Positions 1 to 9,731 are shown, counted from the stretch's first letter. The stretch is 64,000 nt of DNA from an uncultured Christensenella sp. (GCA_910579785.1 CAJTVJ010000001.1:40732-104731); one strand, 5' to 3'. Numbers and translations: made by a program. The notes: generated from the letters alone by a model not told the origin.

Positions 1-1952
1 AAGCTGCGGAGACGTTGCAAGAAAAAATGCAATATCTTGAACGGTGCGGAAATATCGACACTGATGAATACAAGAAAGCGCAACGGGATATTAACGAAGT
101 TGAACTCAAATCGGCAGCATTGCAAAAACAACTAGAACAAATAAATAAAATCAGCTTTGACCGTTTGTCTCAACAAGTTACAAGCGTTGGAAACGATATT
201 CAAAAGATAGGAAATGCAATTACACCGTTTTCAGCGCTTGCGACCAAGGCTGTCACTGAGCTTGGCAAAATGGGCGTTAAGGCAGCAAGCACAGGCGCAG
301 AGTTAAACGACTTGTCTCTAAGTCTTGGAATATCTGCCGAAAAAGTACAGGAGTATCGTTATGTTACGGCGCAAGCCGGAGTTGAATGGAGCATATTTGA
401 GAAAGCAATTATCAATGCGCGCTCAGCAATGCTTGACTTGTCGACGGGAACAATAAGCACTGCATCGCAAGCGTTGCAGTCGCTCGGACTCAACGTCGCT
501 AACTTTGAAAGCAAAGAAGCAATGTTTGACGGCATCATCGACGCTTTATCGAAAATGCAAGACAAAACGTTGCAGGCGGCATACGCTAATGAGATTTTTG
601 GCGACGAAGTCGCAAATCAGATGTTGCCGTATCTCAATGCAGGTGTTGACGCTATAAGCCAATTTAAGACGGAATTTGGATATATAGGAGCGCTATCTAA
701 CGAACAAGTTGCCGCTCTTGCCGATTTGGACAATACGATACGCCTACTTAAAGAAGCGTTTAAAAATGTTACAACACAAATCGGTGCGTCGTTTAGTCCG
801 CTTATAAAAAATGTTGCTGACAGCATACAAAATCAATTAATGCCGCGATTGCAACAACTTGCGAATTGGTTTAACAGTCTGAGTTTAGGTCAACAAAAAG
901 TTGCTTTGACGTCATTGATCGTTGTAGCAGCGCTTGCGCCGCTCACGTTAGGCATAGGAAAACTCGTGACGGCAGTTGGAAGCATAATCAATGTTTTGCC
1001 TAAATTAGGCGAGGCAATGAGTACGTTGGCAGCGCATCCGATTATTTTGATAATAGCAGCAGTGGCGGCGGTTTTGTTACTTTTGTATACTCAGTGCGAA
1101 TCATTTAGAGAAAGTATCAATAACCTCGTAAGTCTTATAGGCTCGGCATTGCAGCCAATTTTAGAAGTGGTGATGCAACTGCTAAAAGGGGTCATGGATG
1201 CAATTTCGCCTATAATTGAAATGATAGGACAGTTGCTTTCTGTTGTTGTTAATCTAATAAACGGCGCATTGCAAATGGTTGTTGAAATTATCACAGATAT
1301 ATTCAATGCAATATCGCCGTTGATCGACATTATTATGACGATGTTAAATATAGTGCTAACTCCGCTTAAATCCATGCTATCCATTCTATTGGCTATATTG
1401 CAACCAATTTTAAGCGTAGCGTTGATACCGTTGCAACTTGCGTTAAAGCAACTGCAAATACCGTTGCAAATGATAGGACAGTTGCTGTCCTGGCTTGCTC
1501 CATTATTTGGTGCATTCGCCAAAATAGTGCAGGGGGCTTTCGGTATTGTGCTTGATGTGATCAATACCGTACTTGGAGCAGTGGAGGAGGCTATAAATTG
1601 GTGTATCTCAAAAATCAACAAACTTATTGACGGAATAAATAAGTCTATGGGTTGGCTTGGCGTAAATATCAGTCGTATTCAAGATGTGTCGCTAAACATC
1701 AATACGTCTTTTAATATCGACGACAAAAATTTGGAGATCGATTCAACGCCGCCTATGCCGTCTTTTGAAAACGGCGACATAATCTATGGGCAGATCGGCG
1801 CAAGCGGCACGACAGGCGATATATACAATAACGATTACAGTACGACAAACAAAACTCAAAACATTACGGTAGTCATAGAAAACCATGCGTCGGAAGTAGA
1901 CGTAGACGATCTTGTAAATCAAATAAATATTAAACTTGCGGAGGCAATGTGA
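1..1952 (+). CDS. phage tail tape measure protein (5' partial, frame open to window edge)
   Basis: Over 645 aa. N-terminal coiled-coil/Ala-rich part is followed by long I/L/M/V-rich helical repeats (LLKGVMDAISPIIEMIGQLLSVVVNLING...). It lies directly upstream of the distal tail and fibre genes. Confidence 0.8.
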   Translation, partial: AAETLQEKMQYLERCGNIDTDEYKKAQRDINEVELKSAALQKQLEQINKISFDRLSQQVTSVGNDIQKIGNAITPFSALATKAVTELGKMGVKAASTGAELNDLSLSLGISAEKVQEYRYVTAQAGVEWSIFEKAIINARSAMLDLSTGTISTASQALQSLGLNVANFESKEAMFDGIIDALSKMQDKTLQAAYANEIFGDEVANQMLPYLNAGVDAISQFKTEFGYIGALSNEQVAALADLDNTIRLLKEAFKNVTTQIGASFSPLIKNVADSIQNQLMPRLQQLANWFNSLSLGQQKVALTSLIVVAALAPLTLGIGKLVTAVGSIINVLPKLGEAMSTLAAHPIILIIAAVAAVLLLLYTQCESFRESINNLVSLIGSALQPILEVVMQLLKGVMDAISPIIEMIGQLLSVVVNLINGALQMVVEIITDIFNAISPLIDIIMTMLNIVLTPLKSMLSILLAILQPILSVALIPLQLALKQLQIPLQMIGQLLSWLAPLFGAFAKIVQGAFGIVLDVINTVLGAVEEAINWCISKINKLIDGINKSMGWLGVNISRIQDVSLNINTSFNIDDKNLEIDSTPPMPSFENGDIIYGQIGASGTTGDIYNNDYSTTNKTQNITVVIENHASEVDVDDLVNQINIKLAEAM

Positions 1953-1953
1953 T

Positions 1954-2814
1954 ATGAGAAAGTTTTATTTGCACAATTCAAGCAAAACCAAGTCGTTTGA
2001 TTTGAACAGTATATCGTCACTTGCAACCGAGCCGAGCGGACTTGGCAATTCGTTTAGTACCGCTTATAAGGAGAGCTCCAACGGTAAGCATCTTGTTAAC
2101 GCAACGCCAGACTTTGAACCAATAAAATTGAAGATATATTTTAATGCTGATGCGTCAGACGGGTATGCAAACTATAAAGCGCTTATGCAATTTTTAGCTG
2201 AGTGCGGAGTAAGTGACCAAAAAGAAATTTTATTTGAGTATAACGACGGCATTACCGACAAGTTTTGTGACGTTGTATTCAAGTCGTCAACTAAATCCGA
2301 GACAAGCGAAGAGAATGTTTTTTGCGAGACATTTACGTTTGAACGTCAGTCTTATTGGTATGAGCGTATTGAAGAATCATTTGCGCTTAAAAATACGTCG
2401 GCAGACGCGACAAGCTTTCCGCTTGGATTTCCATTTGGATTTTATGGACATGTCTTTAAGACAAAGCAATTCGTATCTAATTCTTTTCACGTATCTGCGC
2501 CGATAACGTTAACAATATCGGGTAATATCCACAATGATATAAGAGTTTATATAGCTACATTAGAAGATGAAATTGTTGCTGAAATAAAATTGTCAACAAA
2601 TTGCGTTGACGGCAAAGTTATTGTCATAGAGCCTAACACAAAGAAAATAACCGTAGAACAAAATGGCGAAGTTACAAATGGCTACGGACTGACGGATAAA
2701 ACAAAGCAATCGTTTTTGTATTTACCTCAGGGCGATTACTATATTAGCTCGAATATGACGGTAGAAGACAGCGGAGAAATCGCATTTGCTATCAAGCGAT
2801 ATTTGCTTGATTGA
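1954..2814 (+). CDS. phage distal tail protein (Dit-like, siphovirus tail family)
   Basis: ATG at 1954 sits behind GGAGG, abutting the tape measure stop (2-nt gap). Size (~286 aa) and synteny (TMP-Dit-Tal) fit. The alternative upstream start at 1936 would contain the RBS. Confidence 0.6.
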   Translation: MRKFYLHNSSKTKSFDLNSISSLATEPSGLGNSFSTAYKESSNGKHLVNATPDFEPIKLKIYFNADASDGYANYKALMQFLAECGVSDQKEILFEYNDGITDKFCDVVFKSSTKSETSEENVFCETFTFERQSYWYERIEESFALKNTSADATSFPLGFPFGFYGHVFKTKQFVSNSFHVSAPITLTISGNIHNDIRVYIATLEDEIVAEIKLSTNCVDGKVIVIEPNTKKITVEQNGEVTNGYGLTDKTKQSFLYLPQGDYYISSNMTVEDSGEIAFAIKRYLLD

Positions 2815-2828
2815 CGGGAGGTTAATAT

Positions 2829-4007
2829 ATGTACATAGCGCTTTATGACGAGAATAGAAAGCATATATCAAATGTAGATAATACATCGCTAGATTTGACA
2901 GAGCGGGTTTACGACCTTGACACATTCAATGCCGACGGCATTTGCAACGACGACGTAAATAATTCTAAAATTGCCGTAGTAAATAACGACATGGGAGAGT
3001 ATGAGTACGCTTGTCTAATTGATAATATTACGCCCGACGGCAGAAAGCGCATAATCAAAGGCTTGGACTTTAAGACTCTTTGGGAGACGGAAATATTGCT
3101 TGATTTTACTGTTGACGGCAGTTTTGACGGTAGAGTATCGGCACTTTTCAATTATGTCAAGAGCGCGGTTTTCGACAGTGTCGATGCAGTAATAGGAAAA
3201 ATACCGATAGAAGTGATAATACCGACTGACAATACCGATACGACTGTAATGTTCGGCTCATATCAAGGACAATATGTTATTACCGACGCATACAAATTCT
3301 TGAAATGTTATCTAAAATATTACGAATATAATATAAAATCTTCATACGACGTCGTAGAAGGCAAAATAATATTTGAGTTTGTGAAAAACACTCAGGAAAT
3401 AGAAGTGGATTTAAACGACTTTATTTACGAATTGACCACTTCGTCGTCTGCGACAAACAAAGCTGTTGCAACTATTAAATATAAAGTTGAAACGTCCGAA
3501 ACGGATAGCAACGGCAACGTAATATATACAAATATACAGAAGGTCGCAGACGACGGCAGTCCTATATTTAATGACGACGGCTTGCCTATCTACGAAGAAA
3601 AGAAAAAGTCGCGCCCGACGAATATGGCGACGAAGTTTTATTACCGTACTAAAAGTAACGATATCGTTCAAGCGGACGCAAAAGGCGATATAGATGGGCG
3701 TATCTATCCTGTCAAAACGAAGTGGTTTGAACAAGAGTATTTAGCATCGTCACAGTTTGACGCCGTATATGAGCTAGCCAACAGCCGTTATGTTGACAAT
3801 ATCATAATTGACAACAATTTGACGATAGATCCAATAGATTTCTCGCTTTATCCGCTTTACACGAAAGTTAAGTTGTATTATGGCGGCAAATTATATAAGA
3901 CGTTGCCAATAAGCGAGAAAATAATTAAACTTGACGCAAAAGGCAAGAATACAAAAATCAAACTCGGTTTAAAAAAAATTTTATTGACCGAAATAATAAA
4001 AAACTAG
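2829..4007 (+). CDS. tail-associated (Tal / Gp37-like) structural protein
   Basis: 392 aa with the N-terminus MYIALYDENRKHISNVDNTSLDL typical of siphovirus Gp37-like/tail-tip proteins. RBS GGGAGG. Third gene after the TMP. Confidence 0.5.
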   Translation: MYIALYDENRKHISNVDNTSLDLTERVYDLDTFNADGICNDDVNNSKIAVVNNDMGEYEYACLIDNITPDGRKRIIKGLDFKTLWETEILLDFTVDGSFDGRVSALFNYVKSAVFDSVDAVIGKIPIEVIIPTDNTDTTVMFGSYQGQYVITDAYKFLKCYLKYYEYNIKSSYDVVEGKIIFEFVKNTQEIEVDLNDFIYELTTSSSATNKAVATIKYKVETSETDSNGNVIYTNIQKVADDGSPIFNDDGLPIYEEKKKSRPTNMATKFYYRTKSNDIVQADAKGDIDGRIYPVKTKWFEQEYLASSQFDAVYELANSRYVDNIIIDNNLTIDPIDFSLYPLYTKVKLYYGGKLYKTLPISEKIIKLDAKGKNTKIKLGLKKILLTEIIKN

Positions 4008-4019
4008 GAGGATAAATAA

Positions 4020-5849
4020 ATGATAAAGTCTATCACATTTCAAGGCAATCGTAAATTTGCTGCAAATCTCTATGCATTAGAAATAAAAAGTAGATTTATC
4101 GATCAAACGCATGCCGACGGATATTATTCTGGCTATGGGTCAGAACTTGAAGCAAAAGTTGTAGGTAATCAAATACAGATCGGCACAGGAGCATTTGTTG
4201 TGCAAGGACGTATAAGCGAAGTCGTATCGACTGAGGTAGTAACGCCGACAATATACGGTAATTGCGTCGGTTATGTAGTTGCTCGCATAGAAACTTATCA
4301 TGTATCAGACGACAATAATTGCACGTTTAAGGCGTATGTAAATACTGCGTTGAGTGAAATTCCATTGCGTCAAGACGACGTGTATGCGACGAATGCTGAT
4401 AATGAGAATCTTGTTTATGAGTTGCCAATATACTCGTTTGAGATAAAAGATAGGACAATTGTCAACTTGCAAAAACTCATAAAGCCTATCGACGACTATG
4501 CTCGTGTGCAGAAAGAAGTTGATCGAATAGTTAAATCAACAAATGACGCTTTGGCATTAGTGCAGTCTGCAACAGAAAGTTCAGAGCAAGCAACAATGTC
4601 AGCAGATAATGCGGTAAAAAAATCAGATAGTGCAGTTAGGTTAGCTACTGAAGCAAAGACGACAGCAGACGGCTTAGCGGACAGCATAGCACAGGCAAAT
4701 ACTACCGCAGGCGAGGCTAGACAGATAGCGGCAGAGGCAGAGCAAGCGTCAAGTAACGCAGTAACAACAGCAAATGAGGCAAAGACCACGGCAGACGGTT
4801 TGGCAGACAGTATAGCGCAAGCAAACACTACCGCAGGCGAAGCCAAAGAGATAGCAGAAGATGCAGAGCAAGCGTCAAGCAACGCAGTAACAACAGCAAA
4901 TGAGGCAAAGACAATGGCAGACGGCTTAGCAGATAGTATAGCGCAGGCTAATACAACCGCAGGCGAAGCAAAGGAAATAGCAGAGGAGGCATTAGAGCAA
5001 TCTAAGGTCACAGGTACTAAGGTCAACGTAGACGGAGCTTTCCAAAGCAATCTAAACTTCGACAGAGACCCACAAGAGCAGCTAAACGATTTAAAATCAG
5101 CCGAGACTGCTTTGCAAAATGGAAAGGTCAATAAATCAGGCGATACTATGAGCGGAGATCTGACAGCACCAAATTTTATTGGAGCTTTTAAACAAAAAGA
5201 TATTACCAAAAACTACCTTGACTTTGTTACGGGAGATGGAGATAATTTTGGAGTTAGTGGACTGGCAGGGAAAATTTATCGACTTAATGACCTTACTAAT
5301 CAGTATGGACAAAAGATGCGCGGAGAAAAGACTGTTAATATTGGTGCGTCTCTTCAAGGTGAGCAAAGCGGCTTTTATAGTGATGCGTATGAATGGTACT
5401 CAAAAAGCATTAAAAGTGGTGGAACTGGCGATAGTTTTATTCTTACTTGGCAATTTGGCGGCGGCTCAGATAAACAGTACGGACTGTGGCTAAGAGTGTA
5501 TAACTCTGGTAATTTGCAATATGAGCAAAGGCTTGCTGATGGGGTGAGCACGCCACTTGCTGTAAATATGTCAAAATTAGAGCCTACAACGGCAAATGGC
5601 TGGACGGTGGGAGATAAGAATTTAGGTATGAGTGGAAATGGCATTTATTTAGTTAGCGTCATGGCAGACGGAGGCAATAGCCCTATAGGAATTGGAATTT
5701 TAATTTATAACGGAATAGCAAATAGCTGTGCTGTTAGTCAAGTTGGAACGACATATAGCTTATCTTTTCTAAATTCGACTTGGCATTTACATTCTGTAAT
5801 GGGTGGTGCAGTTGTCATCAAACAAATAGCCTACAAAAAAATCGCATGA
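4020..5849 (+). CDS. tail fibre / receptor-binding protein with Ala-rich coiled-coil stalk
   Basis: 609 aa. The central stalk has 2.7 copies of a 42-aa repeat (EAKTTADGLADSIAQANTTAGEA.EIAE.AEQASSNAVTTAN). The C-terminus is globular and Gly/Trp/Tyr-rich. RBS AGGAGG. Confidence 0.7.
   Translation: MIKSITFQGNRKFAANLYALEIKSRFIDQTHADGYYSGYGSELEAKVVGNQIQIGTGAFVVQGRISEVVSTEVVTPTIYGNCVGYVVARIETYHVSDDNNCTFKAYVNTALSEIPLRQDDVYATNADNENLVYELPIYSFEIKDRTIVNLQKLIKPIDDYARVQKEVDRIVKSTNDALALVQSATESSEQATMSADNAVKKSDSAVRLATEAKTTADGLADSIAQANTTAGEARQIAAEAEQASSNAVTTANEAKTTADGLADSIAQANTTAGEAKEIAEDAEQASSNAVTTANEAKTMADGLADSIAQANTTAGEAKEIAEEALEQSKVTGTKVNVDGAFQSNLNFDRDPQEQLNDLKSAETALQNGKVNKSGDTMSGDLTAPNFIGAFKQKDITKNYLDFVTGDGDNFGVSGLAGKIYRLNDLTNQYGQKMRGEKTVNIGASLQGEQSGFYSDAYEWYSKSIKSGGTGDSFILTWQFGGGSDKQYGLWLRVYNSGNLQYEQRLADGVSTPLAVNMSKLEPTTANGWTVGDKNLGMSGNGIYLVSVMADGGNSPIGIGILIYNGIANSCAVSQVGTTYSLSFLNSTWHLHSVMGGAVVIKQIAYKKIA
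4650..4995 (+). repeat. 126-nt in-frame tandem repeat, about 2.7 copies, inside the tail fibre gene
   Basis: Repeat units start at 4650, 4776 and 4902 (exact 126-nt period) and are near-identical at nucleotide level. Confidence 0.9.
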
Positions 5850-5860
5850 AGGAGGAGAAA

Positions 5861-6214
5861 ATGGGATATTGGAATAGTGAAATCAACGGCTTTGTGCCGT
5901 ATCAAAACAAAGAGAACACGCTCATTGAATACACAGACGAGCAAATCAAAGAAATAATGCAGCAAGTTGCGCAAGGCGGTAGGTTGACGACAGGCGATGA
6001 CGGATACGTCAAGGTAGTACCAAGACCGGAGCTGACAGCAGAGGAAAAGCAGGCGGAGTATGAAAGCAGAGTGGACAAGCTTATCCGCGAGAGGTATACA
6101 ATGTCGCAAGAGCTTGCAATATTGAGACAACAAACGGTCAAGACAGACGAGTATCGGGAATATTTTAAGTATTGTGAAGAGTGTAAGGCGAAAGCTAAAT
6201 CTGAATTGCAGTAA
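5861..6214 (+). CDS. phage hypothetical protein (post-fibre, XkdW/assembly-like position)
   Basis: ATG at 5861 is preceded by GGAGGAG. The upstream part of the 5780 ORF overlaps the fibre gene. 117 aa. Confidence 0.5.
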   Translation: MGYWNSEINGFVPYQNKENTLIEYTDEQIKEIMQQVAQGGRLTTGDDGYVKVVPRPELTAEEKQAEYESRVDKLIRERYTMSQELAILRQQTVKTDEYREYFKYCEECKAKAKSELQ

Positions 6215-6228
6215 AAGGACGGTGTATT

Positions 6229-6651
6229 ATGGAGTTTAGAAAAGAGTTGCAACAAATTATAAATGAATGCAAGGACAAGCCTTTGTTAAATGTACAAAGG
6301 ACGGCAGATACACAAAAAGATTCAACACAGGAGTATGAAATGAATAGAGCAATCGCCGAAGTCGAAGCTAAAAAAGAGATTATTACTAATTCAACAAATG
6401 CGTCAAAAGTAAAAATTAGCGAGGAAGTTGTAGAGCATATTGACGGCTTGGAAGAGGTAGTCAATAAAATTTGCGAAAGAGAACATCGCATTGTGGAGAA
6501 AGATTTGCATAGTCGGAGAAAGGAGATTAAAGCAATTAAAGGCATAGTCAAAGGCTTTGCAATTACGTTGGGTATTTTGTTTTTGCTTGCTAATATTTGC
6601 GGTATGACGTATGCAATATTGCTTGCGTGTGGGATAAATATTTTTGGTTAA
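6229..6651 (+). CDS. coiled-coil protein with C-terminal membrane anchor (XhlA-like topology, lysis-accessory candidate)
   Basis: 140 aa. Charged helical N-terminal part, then GFAITLGILFLLANICGMTYAILLACGINIFG at the C-terminus. Confidence 0.4.
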   Translation: MEFRKELQQIINECKDKPLLNVQRTADTQKDSTQEYEMNRAIAEVEAKKEIITNSTNASKVKISEEVVEHIDGLEEVVNKICEREHRIVEKDLHSRRKEIKAIKGIVKGFAITLGILFLLANICGMTYAILLACGINIFG

Positions 6652-6700
6652 AATCGATGGATATCATTTAATATAAAAATCTAAAAGGAGGTACTAATCA

Positions 6701-7021
6701 ATGGATGAGAAAAAAATTGTTATCGTATCTGACGAAAACGGAATTGTCGCATTTGACGATATTACGATTAAGCACGATACTATCAACAGAGCAGAAGTAG
6801 AAGAAGTTGAAAAAGCAATCAAAAGTCTTGAACAAGAGAAGATTACGATCAACGATCGAATTGTTGAACTCAAAGCCAAGTTGATTTATGCAAGGAAGAT
6901 TATCGCGATAGCGGACGAAAAACGCAATAGCGAAATCTCATCAAACAACGCTAATGTTACTAATGAGTCCAGAGTCGGGAGTTCTTTTTCCAATATGCAA
7001 ACTCAAAGACTGGAAGTTTAA
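6701..7021 (+). CDS. phage hypothetical coiled-coil protein
   Basis: 106 aa, RBS AAGGAGG. Heptad-like segment EEVEKAIKSLEQEKITINDRIVELKAKL. Confidence 0.4.
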   Translation: MDEKKIVIVSDENGIVAFDDITIKHDTINRAEVEEVEKAIKSLEQEKITINDRIVELKAKLIYARKIIAIADEKRNSEISSNNANVTNESRVGSSFSNMQTQRLEV

Positions 7022-7034
7022 GGAGGCAAAGATA

Positions 7035-7901
7035 ATGGAAAGCGTGGAATCAAAAGTTGTCGAATGGGCGATGAGCAAAATCGACTCATACGATAACGAA
7101 AAGAAATTGTATAATTTATCGGCGATATTATTATCTATTCTTGATGTAGTATGCGGTATAATCGCGATATTTTATACGGCAATGGCGGTAACGTCAGTCA
7201 TTTTTTCAATTTTATGCGGTACAGTTTGGGGCGGTCGGGTGATTCAACTTATAAAAGGACAGCGATTAGCAAAGGCTCTTAAAGTAATGTCAACCGCAAG
7301 TATTGCATACATAACCGTCCGAAAAAGGAGGAGCGAATATATGAAAAAAATTTTTGATAATCTTAAAAACAACCCACTTACAATCGTGTTTGCCATTCTC
7401 GGTGGTGGGGTAATGGGTTTTGCTGCGTACAAACTCGCTCAAATTTATTTTGTTGCATTGCCTCAATGGATGAATATAATTTTTGCGATTTCTGCGGCTG
7501 TTTTGACTGTTGCATTGGTCATATTGCTTGGTTGGGATTCTCTTAAATCTGCGATATTACGTAGTGCTAAAAAAGTATTGAGTAAAGATGGTTATGACGC
7601 ACTTATAAATTATGTCGACACATTAAAAAAGCAAGAGGACAAGCAGGCTGAACTCGCAGCAAAGACGGCAGCGCACGACAAAGAGATTGAGCAAGCAAGG
7701 CTAGTCATAGCCAAATACGAGCAACGCAATGCTGAGTATCAAAAGGCTATTGAATTGCTTAAATTGCAGTCATCAGAAATTCCGCAAAAAATCGACGTCG
7801 TAAAAGAAGATGCCGTCGAAACCGTTGCCGAAGAAATTAAAGAGGCGTTGGATGAGCAATTTGAAGAACCTAGCATATTATCCGATATGTCTATAAAGTA
7901 A
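7035..7901 (+). CDS. multi-pass membrane protein with C-terminal coiled coil (holin-like candidate)
   Basis: ATG at 7035 behind AAGGAGG. About 4 hydrophobic helices are followed by KQEDKQAELAAKTAAHDKEIEQARLVIAKYEQ. Last gene of the plus-strand phage block. Confidence 0.4.
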   Translation: MESVESKVVEWAMSKIDSYDNEKKLYNLSAILLSILDVVCGIIAIFYTAMAVTSVIFSILCGTVWGGRVIQLIKGQRLAKALKVMSTASIAYITVRKRRSEYMKKIFDNLKNNPLTIVFAILGGGVMGFAAYKLAQIYFVALPQWMNIIFAISAAVLTVALVILLGWDSLKSAILRSAKKVLSKDGYDALINYVDTLKKQEDKQAELAAKTAAHDKEIEQARLVIAKYEQRNAEYQKAIELLKLQSSEIPQKIDVVKEDAVETVAEEIKEALDEQFEEPSILSDMSIK

Positions 7902-7912
7902 TAAAATATAGA

Positions 7913-7942
7913 ATAGTCGCAATTGAATTTGCGGCTATTTTT
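7913..7942 (+). terminator. rho-independent terminator closing the prophage late operon
   Basis: ATAGTCGCAA-ttgaat-TTGCGGCTAT gives a 10-bp stem (one G.U pair), followed by TTTT. Confidence 0.6.
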
Positions 7943-8090
7943 AGGTGATGTATTAAAATATATACTTTATTATAGTCTTTCTTGGGTTCGTTTTGGGTGT
8001 AACAAATTACTTTTTATATTTATTTAATATTAGTAAAATACAACGAATTTTCAACGTGTTTAGGCTATTTTAGTAGTGAGTGAGGGAACG

Positions 8091-9731
8091 TTAAGTAGCG
8101 GCGAAGCAACGGCATAGCGAGCAAGCAGGTGCGTCTTGTGCGGGCGTCATAATTTCGGTAGTCCGCAACTTTCGCAAAAAAGAAAGGACACAAAAAGTGT
8201 CCTTTTGTAATGGCAGAAAGGTTTCCAGCGAAAACGAACCACGATTAAGAGAAAATGCAGGGGATTGAGCCTGCATTTCTATATCTTCATAACTATCACT
8301 GTTTTTTCCTTTTATTGGCGGGTGTTCAGTAAAGTTATAAGTAATCAAGATTTTATCAGCATATACAATTATATCTCGTATAAAAGTTTTCACAATGTGC
8401 TTTCTTATGGCGATGGCTTCAATATCACCACGTAATACAGATTTCAAATATTGTTCTATCTTGTCTTGTGTAAGGAAAGTATAGGACCTTTGTTTTTCTT
8501 GTTCTATATCAAAATCGAGTTGAGATATTTGTGCTTCAAGTTCTTTTAGTCTATTTTTAGTTTGTTCAGTAATTATACCTTGTTCAATAGCAGCGATTAG
8601 ATTATTAGATGCTTTTAATACAGATAATCGAGTATTTTCAAGAGATTTAAGTTTATCATTTTGTTTGTTGATTTGTTCGTGTCGTTTTATTACCCATTTT
8701 GCGATTTCAGCAATAGTAGTATTTTCACACAGCACAAGCCAAGTAATGTGAATTACTAAATCTTCCAAGTATTGTTTATTAAGAGACTTGAAATTGCATT
8801 TGTGTTTTTTGCGTCTGCGACTTAAACAACTATAATAGTAATATTTATCGCCAGTATGACTAGTACCGCTTTCTCCAATCATAGTTGCTTTGCAATCGCC
8901 ACATATTAGTTTTCCAGATAATAAAAATTCATAGATATCCTTTTTTCTTCCAGGAGCGTGTTTATTTGAATTACGAATATCTTGCACTCGTTGCCAAGTG
9001 ATATCATCAACTATTGCAGGATATATATTCGTATAGACAATATCTCCGTGTTTCGCTTTACCATTATATTTTGTGTTCAAAAGCATTTTATAGATATTGG
9101 CAGTGGTAATATATTTACCTTTTTTAGTTCGTATGCCTCTATTTTTAAGGTCATTGGATATATCAACTGCCGTATATCCTTGTGCATATTTTGTAAATAT
9201 TTCTCTTACAATATCCGCTTCGTTAGGATTTATAACATTCTTCATATCGACAACATCATAGCCATAAAGTTGTACGCCACCAGTAAAGTTTCCTTTAATG
9301 TAACTTTCTTTCAACCCACGCAATACCTTTTGTGAGAGTTCGGCAGAGAAGTATTGATTCATACCTTCCAACATACTTTCAAGTATTATACCTTCGGGAG
9401 TGTCAGGGATGTTTTCCATAGCGGACAATATTTTGACACCATTTTCTTTCAATGTATGTTTATGTATTGTGGCTTCATACTTGTTACGTGAAAAACGATC
9501 TAACTTATAAACCAAGACGTAATCCCACTGATGTTTACTGCTATCCTTAATCATACGCTGGAAATCTGGACGGGCATCATTCGTACCAGTCATAGCGCGG
9601 TCAATGTAAGTATCTACAATGAGAATATCATTGTTTTTTGCATATTGCTGACAAACTCTTAACTGTCCTTCTATTGATTGCTCAGTTTGAGAGTCACTTG
9701 AGTATCTTGCGTAAATTATTGCTTTTTTCAT
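8091..9731 (-). CDS. large serine recombinase (integrase)
   Basis: N-terminus MKKAIIYARYSSDSQTEQSIEGQ...DRFSRN is the resolvase catalytic domain. A recombinase/zinc-ribbon region (CGDC...C..RRRKKHKC) and a coiled coil follow. The last ~40 codons run through a terminator hairpin and are of doubtful authenticity. Confidence 0.9.
   Translation of the reverse strand: MKKAIIYARYSSDSQTEQSIEGQLRVCQQYAKNNDILIVDTYIDRAMTGTNDARPDFQRMIKDSSKHQWDYVLVYKLDRFSRNKYEATIHKHTLKENGVKILSAMENIPDTPEGIILESMLEGMNQYFSAELSQKVLRGLKESYIKGNFTGGVQLYGYDVVDMKNVINPNEADIVREIFTKYAQGYTAVDISNDLKNRGIRTKKGKYITTANIYKMLLNTKYNGKAKHGDIVYTNIYPAIVDDITWQRVQDIRNSNKHAPGRKKDIYEFLLSGKLICGDCKATMIGESGTSHTGDKYYYYSCLSRRRKKHKCNFKSLNKQYLEDLVIHITWLVLCENTTIAEIAKWVIKRHEQINKQNDKLKSLENTRLSVLKASNNLIAAIEQGIITEQTKNRLKELEAQISQLDFDIEQEKQRSYTFLTQDKIEQYLKSVLRGDIEAIAIRKHIVKTFIRDIIVYADKILITYNFTEHPPIKGKNSDSYEDIEMQAQSPAFSLNRGSFSLETFLPLQKDTFCVLSFLRKLRTTEIMTPAQDAPACSLCRCFAAT
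8183..8205. terminator. bidirectional terminator-like hairpin inside the 3' end of the recombinase ORF
   Basis: AAAGGACAC-aaaaa-GTGTCCTTT is a 9-bp perfect stem, flanked by an A-run on the left and a T-run on the right. Confidence 0.5.

Larger units (their letters stand above)
1..7942 (+). mobile_element. siphovirus-type prophage, tail/late module (remainder lies left of the window)
   Basis: Co-directional TMP-Dit-Tal-fibre-membrane protein genes with short or overlapping junctions. Confidence 0.75.

Noticed and set aside
4650-4995. Tandem repeats as a possible CRISPR array
   Set aside because: The units are contiguous (no spacers), 126 nt long, in frame and coding.
4496-5209. 237-aa minus-strand ORF rich in Ala/Ser/Cys
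   Set aside because: It is a mirror image of the Ala/Thr-rich repeat region of the tail fibre gene. Low-complexity repeats keep the opposite frame open. There is no RBS.
8027-8040. TATTAG(T/C)AAAAT is shared between 8029-8040 and 22038-22049, suggesting possible att core repeats flanking an 8-22 kb element
   Set aside because: It is only an 11/12 match in very AT-rich DNA, which is expected by chance. It cannot be distinguished from noise without comparative data. It is left as an unresolved possibility, not a call.
8098-8166. GC-rich patch at the recombinase 3' end compared with the GC-rich hairpin region at 21900-21960 (shared GCGTCTT..TTGT.CGGG-like strings)
   Set aside because: The similarity is short, gapped and not alignable by eye beyond ~14 nt. 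It is insufficient to call direct repeats.
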